This document shows, piece after piece, positions 59,880 through 64,000 of a stretch of 64,000 nucleotides of DNA; positions within the stretch are counted from its first letter, which is position 1, and each line of letters starts with the position of its first letter. The stretch is taken from assembly GCA_003427395.1 (NCBI GenBank), contig BFEA01000043.1, positions 4,118,439 through 4,182,438 of the forward strand, in the 5' to 3' direction. The translations under genes and the position numbers were made by a program. Under the pieces are notes generated by a model. That model made no database searches and was not told the DNA's origin. It saw nothing but the letters and a program-made list of their open reading frames with translations. This DNA comes from Chara braunii (lineage: Eukaryota; Plantae; Charophyceae).

Positions 59880-62800
59880 TTCCAAGATAATATCCTCCTA
59901 ATCAATGAAATGGTCAAAATAGCACGACAGACCAAACAAAACGCAGCGGTTGTTTTTATAGATTTTGAAAAAGCATATGGTCATGTGGATTGGCGATTCC
60001 TGGACGTTTGTTTGCATAAACTAAATTGTGGACCCAACATGCGTAGATGGGTTGAAATTCTACATATAAATGCCATTACACGTATTCTTGTAAATGGGTT
60101 GCTGTCTCTTGGAATCTGCCTCCAAAGGTCAGTAAGACAAGGTGACCCGCTGACCCCTTTTTTGTTTGTCATTGTAATGGAAGCCCTGGGTGCCAACCTT
60201 AGAGCTAATCATAATATCAAACGACTAAGCATTTTAGGAATCCCGGAAGAAGCAATACCAATAACCTCAATGTTTGCAGATGACCTTACAATAATAATAG
60301 AAGCTTCAGAAACAACTATGGAAGAAATCAAAAATCTTTTGGACAAATTTTCTAAAACTTTCAGATATGGTAGTCAATTGGGGAAGTAAAACGCAAGGAT
60401 GGTGGATCCACTCAAATGGCGGACGTCCACCTGAAACCCCCAGGGTACAATGGTTGCCATTAGAAGCCCCTCTAAGAGTTTTAGGTGTATCATTAACGGC
60501 CACTTGCAAACCCACAACTAATGATGAATGGATTTCAAAACCTGCAATCCAAAAGATGAATCAATGGAAGAATCAACATACCTCTCTTCTCGGGAGGGCA
60601 CTGGTTATAAATAATGTGGTTTTCGCATCAATTTGGTACAAATCAACAATTTGGGCAATCAGCAAATGAGGAATCAAACATCTCTCAAAACAAGTGACGA
60701 CATTCCTCGAGAGAGGAGATCATGAACTTCAAAAGGTAATTCCTAGCGTGGCATGGTCTACCCTTATCCAACCTAAGTCCAGAGGAGGGCTAGGAATTTT
60801 AGACCTTACACTACATTGTCAAGCTTTATCCCTTTAATAGATGATTGACCTCATCTTCGGTATAGACAAGCCCTGGCAACCACTAGCCCTACAAGAAATC
60901 AGGAACTTGGCACCAAAGGCACCACCTGAGGTTAATCCGCTTACCTAGGTAGAAAACATATTTTGGCATATCCCTCGTCCTTCCGCACATTTGAGAAATG
61001 AAAGGGAAAGAAATACAACATATAGAGACCTTACCCTAGATAATCTATGGGTATCTCTTCTGAAAGTATGGAGGAAACTACCACTACCCAACAAACCTAA
61101 GCCCACACGATTTGAAGAAATTCTGAGGCAACCTCTATTTGGTAACAAATGGATTACAGACGAAAATAACTGTGTGTATAATAGCTCCACTCCTCCTTGG
61201 TCCCAATGGGTAAAAAAAGGAGTCACACGGATTAAAGACATTTAGGATTTACAAAGGAAAAGATGGAAAAATCCAGATCAACTTAGGAAAACAATTACTT
61301 ACGCCCACAAATTGGACCACAACTTGGATCGCATATCTATCTCCATTCCTTCGAAATGGGTCAAAGAATTGAGAAATGGTGTAAAGTTTCAAAAAGGTGA
61401 TTTTGTTACAATTACACAAGATCCACAAGATTGGAAGGTTGGGCAAATAATGAGTTTACTTGACGAAGGAGCTCTAGTAGCTTTGTTCAAAATAACAACA
61501 AATCATCTGCTCATTGAGACACCGGATCACCAGGTTGAGTTTTTTTCCATTCAACGAAATGTTTAGAATCAGAGTCATTTTTATCTCGGCAACCACTGGT
61601 TGGAGAGCCTTCCATCCGAAATGTCCTATTACAGAACTACCCTTTGATCCGGATGAATGGGTATGGCAGACGGGTACAAGAAATAAACCACGTACTCTAC
61701 AATCCCTAACAGTTAAGGCAACATATCGTCTGCTTAGACCTAGGGTAGATGTGGCATTTATAATAAGAGACCGATGGACTAGGCATTTGAACATAGATAT
61801 ACAAAGTATCAAAAATATAAAAAATTTTAATCAACTAAAAAAATGACCTGCTAAGGTCTCATCATTACAATGGCAAATAATTCATCGATGTCTTCCAATA
61901 AATGATTGGCTTATCAATCGTACCAATCTAGAGCAACGAGGTCTGGCGCTTCCATGGTGTAAAGCATGCCTATCCGTTTTCCCCAACAAGAGAATCAGAG
62001 AAACAATTGAGCAATAATTCATCCAATGCCCCGGAACGGTGCTATTATGGAGAAAATGGGACAGCATATGGAGAACAATGACAGTATTTGACTGGCCTTG
62101 GGATTGGAAAGCCATCCTACTAGGGTAATGGCAACCACAAGATATGCAATTTTCAGAATTTCATACGAATCTGCTCGAAATTGGTCGGAAAGCTATTCTA
62201 TGGGCACTATGGTACAAGAGGTGTGTTTATGAAAGAGAAGATGTAAAACTTGAAGGTAAGGAATTTGCTCAACTGATCATTCAATCTGTACAGACAGAAA
62301 TAAGAGCACACTGGTCAGTAGAACGATCAAAAATACAACAGCTCCATCAAAAAAATGATATAATCAAATGTATTCAAAAATTCAATCAAAATTGGCTGGG
62401 AGAGAATGAAGGAGGGAGTCTGGGAGAAGTGAAATGGCCAGGGAAGGAAGAACAGGGGGAAATTTTAAAACGAGACTTCCTCTTGAGCTTCAAAGACTGG
62501 TTTTTGCTTCCTCCAGGAACCACACTCAGATCTCCAGAATGTTTTCCTGATCCTTTTCCCCCGTCATAATTAGCAATGGTGGATTCACAATGGTATCCTC
62601 AATAAAGTAAATGTTGGGCTTTTTGTTTAGACCTTTTTTAAGGGGATAATTTTTGCTAGGTTCAATAGTCATAGCTGGCGGCCTAAGTTGGCTGAAGTGG
62701 CAACCTTTATCTTCACATATTTCAATAAAGAAACAAGGTTATGTAAAAGGGACGCTGGACCCAGTTTCCAGCAGGTGATATTCCCCACCAATAGATGGAG

Positions 62801-62889
62801 TCTCTACCTAGGTGTTAGTGGTGTCTGCTCTTATCAGCAACACTAACATTGGTAGGGTTTAAAATTAAAAAAAAAAAAAAAAAAAAAAA
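59880..62889 (+). mobile_element. 5'-truncated L1/Tx1 LINE F (same family as LINE B)
   Basis: QDNILL, FIDFEKAY, RQGDPLTPFLF, FADDL, LQWQIIHRCLP. Module A at 62749-62856, then poly(A). Confidence 0.92.
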
Positions 62890-63536
62890 GGATTAAACCA
62901 CCAGTACGTTTCCCCGCTGAAAATACACTGCTTGCACTTGCATGTAAATACACCGCTTGCATGTCGGCGATTCAGCAAAATTTTGGGCTTGGAGAAAAGT
63001 GCCCGGGAAGTACTGGTGGTTTACGCCAGCAGTACATTTCCCAGCCATTTTCCACCAAGGCGGCATCAACTTTCGGGGCTTGGCCTGCCGAATAGAAACA
63101 GCCGTGCATGCCAGCCAAAAGAAAGAAAAGAATTACCAACTGGCCTATCTCAGTTGGTACACCCCTGAACTGTTGCGACATAGACCTGAGTTTGAACTCC
63201 ACTGGAAGCAGGATGAGTTAAATACTACTATTATGAATGACCTAGGGCTGGTCATTTGTAATAATGAAATTTTTTTTGGGGGTGGTAACTAAGGCGCAGT
63301 CACATTTTCAGTTTTTTTTTTTTTTTTTTTTTTTTTCCAGTTCTAAATCCACTTCAGGCATCCCTCCAATACAACACATCCCCACCCAACCCTAAATGTG
63401 GGTTGGATTCATTCATGATTTTCCTCGCTCAGCAGCAAATTCGCAGAGCCGTGAGTGAAACGCATTTAAAACTGAAAACCTTGACTGCACCCCAGTTTTT
63501 TCTTTTTTTTTTTTTTCTTTTTTTTCTTTTTTTTGT

Positions 63537-64000
63537 AAGGGCGATCGCCTTGAGGTAGTATTATCATCAGACTAACCAGCCTAGGTAAATTCAATCTTGT
63601 GTCCAATCTGACACTGGGTGGCCTTATTGCCTTCAGGGAACCCCCAGTGGGAATACTGGCAAGGGGACAGCCGGTAGCAGAGGGAGCGAGCATCATCTGA
63701 GTGGCCAATCGCTGTGCCTCCCTAATTACCCCTACCCCTATGAACAACAGCAGAGATTGCGTTTCTAAACCACCAGTACTTGGCTCAGCTATCAAGTCCG
63801 AGCCTCGACCGACCGGTAGGCGGATCCGTGCCGAGGCTTGGACTACCGGCCGTTCTCCAGCTCCAGCAGGTGCCGCTCCCCACCAATAGATGGAGCAGCC
63901 CGACAAGTAAGCCCTCAATTCTGACGGTTCTCTTACCACCGCCAGAGGATAGAGGGATATCGCAAGGGTCTTTCCTCTAAAAAAAAAAAAAAAAAAAAAA
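63537..64000 (+). mobile_element. 3' end of a retroelement with module variant B and poly(A)
   Basis: CCAGCAGGTGCCGCTCCCCACCAATAGATGGAGC, then a CTGACGGT-TCTCTTACC-ACCGCCAG hairpin and poly(A) at 63979-64000. Confidence 0.8.

Overview
A eukaryotic window made almost entirely of nested transposable elements, with several assembly gaps. I could not support any intact host gene. The mix of L1/Tx1-type LINEs, a Penelope-like element with an N-terminal GIY-YIG, and hAT/Harbinger-type MITEs suggests a green-lineage genome, probably a charophyte such as Chara (inference). It holds at least seven decayed L1/Tx1-clade LINE copies, one full length with a 16-bp TSD (43983-59853, minus strand). It also holds several RT-less poly(A)-tailed elements, DNA transposons and two hammerhead ribozymes. 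Two signals stand out. (1) A two-ORF Chlamys/Naiad-type Penelope-like element is inserted antisense into the full-length LINE so that it forms an exact GT...AG intron. The donor is the consensus AAG|GTAAGT, the AG comes from the duplicated target, and excision restores the local LINE ORF2 frame, which makes it a candidate retro-introner. (2) A modular, covarying 3'-end RNA structure (hairpin, putative H-type pseudoknot, CUCUUA-loop terminal hairpin, plus an upstream YAAUC/YAAUCAAU internal-loop motif) is shared by about 14 element ends. These include divergent LINEs and RT-less passengers, one of which carries its own ORF.
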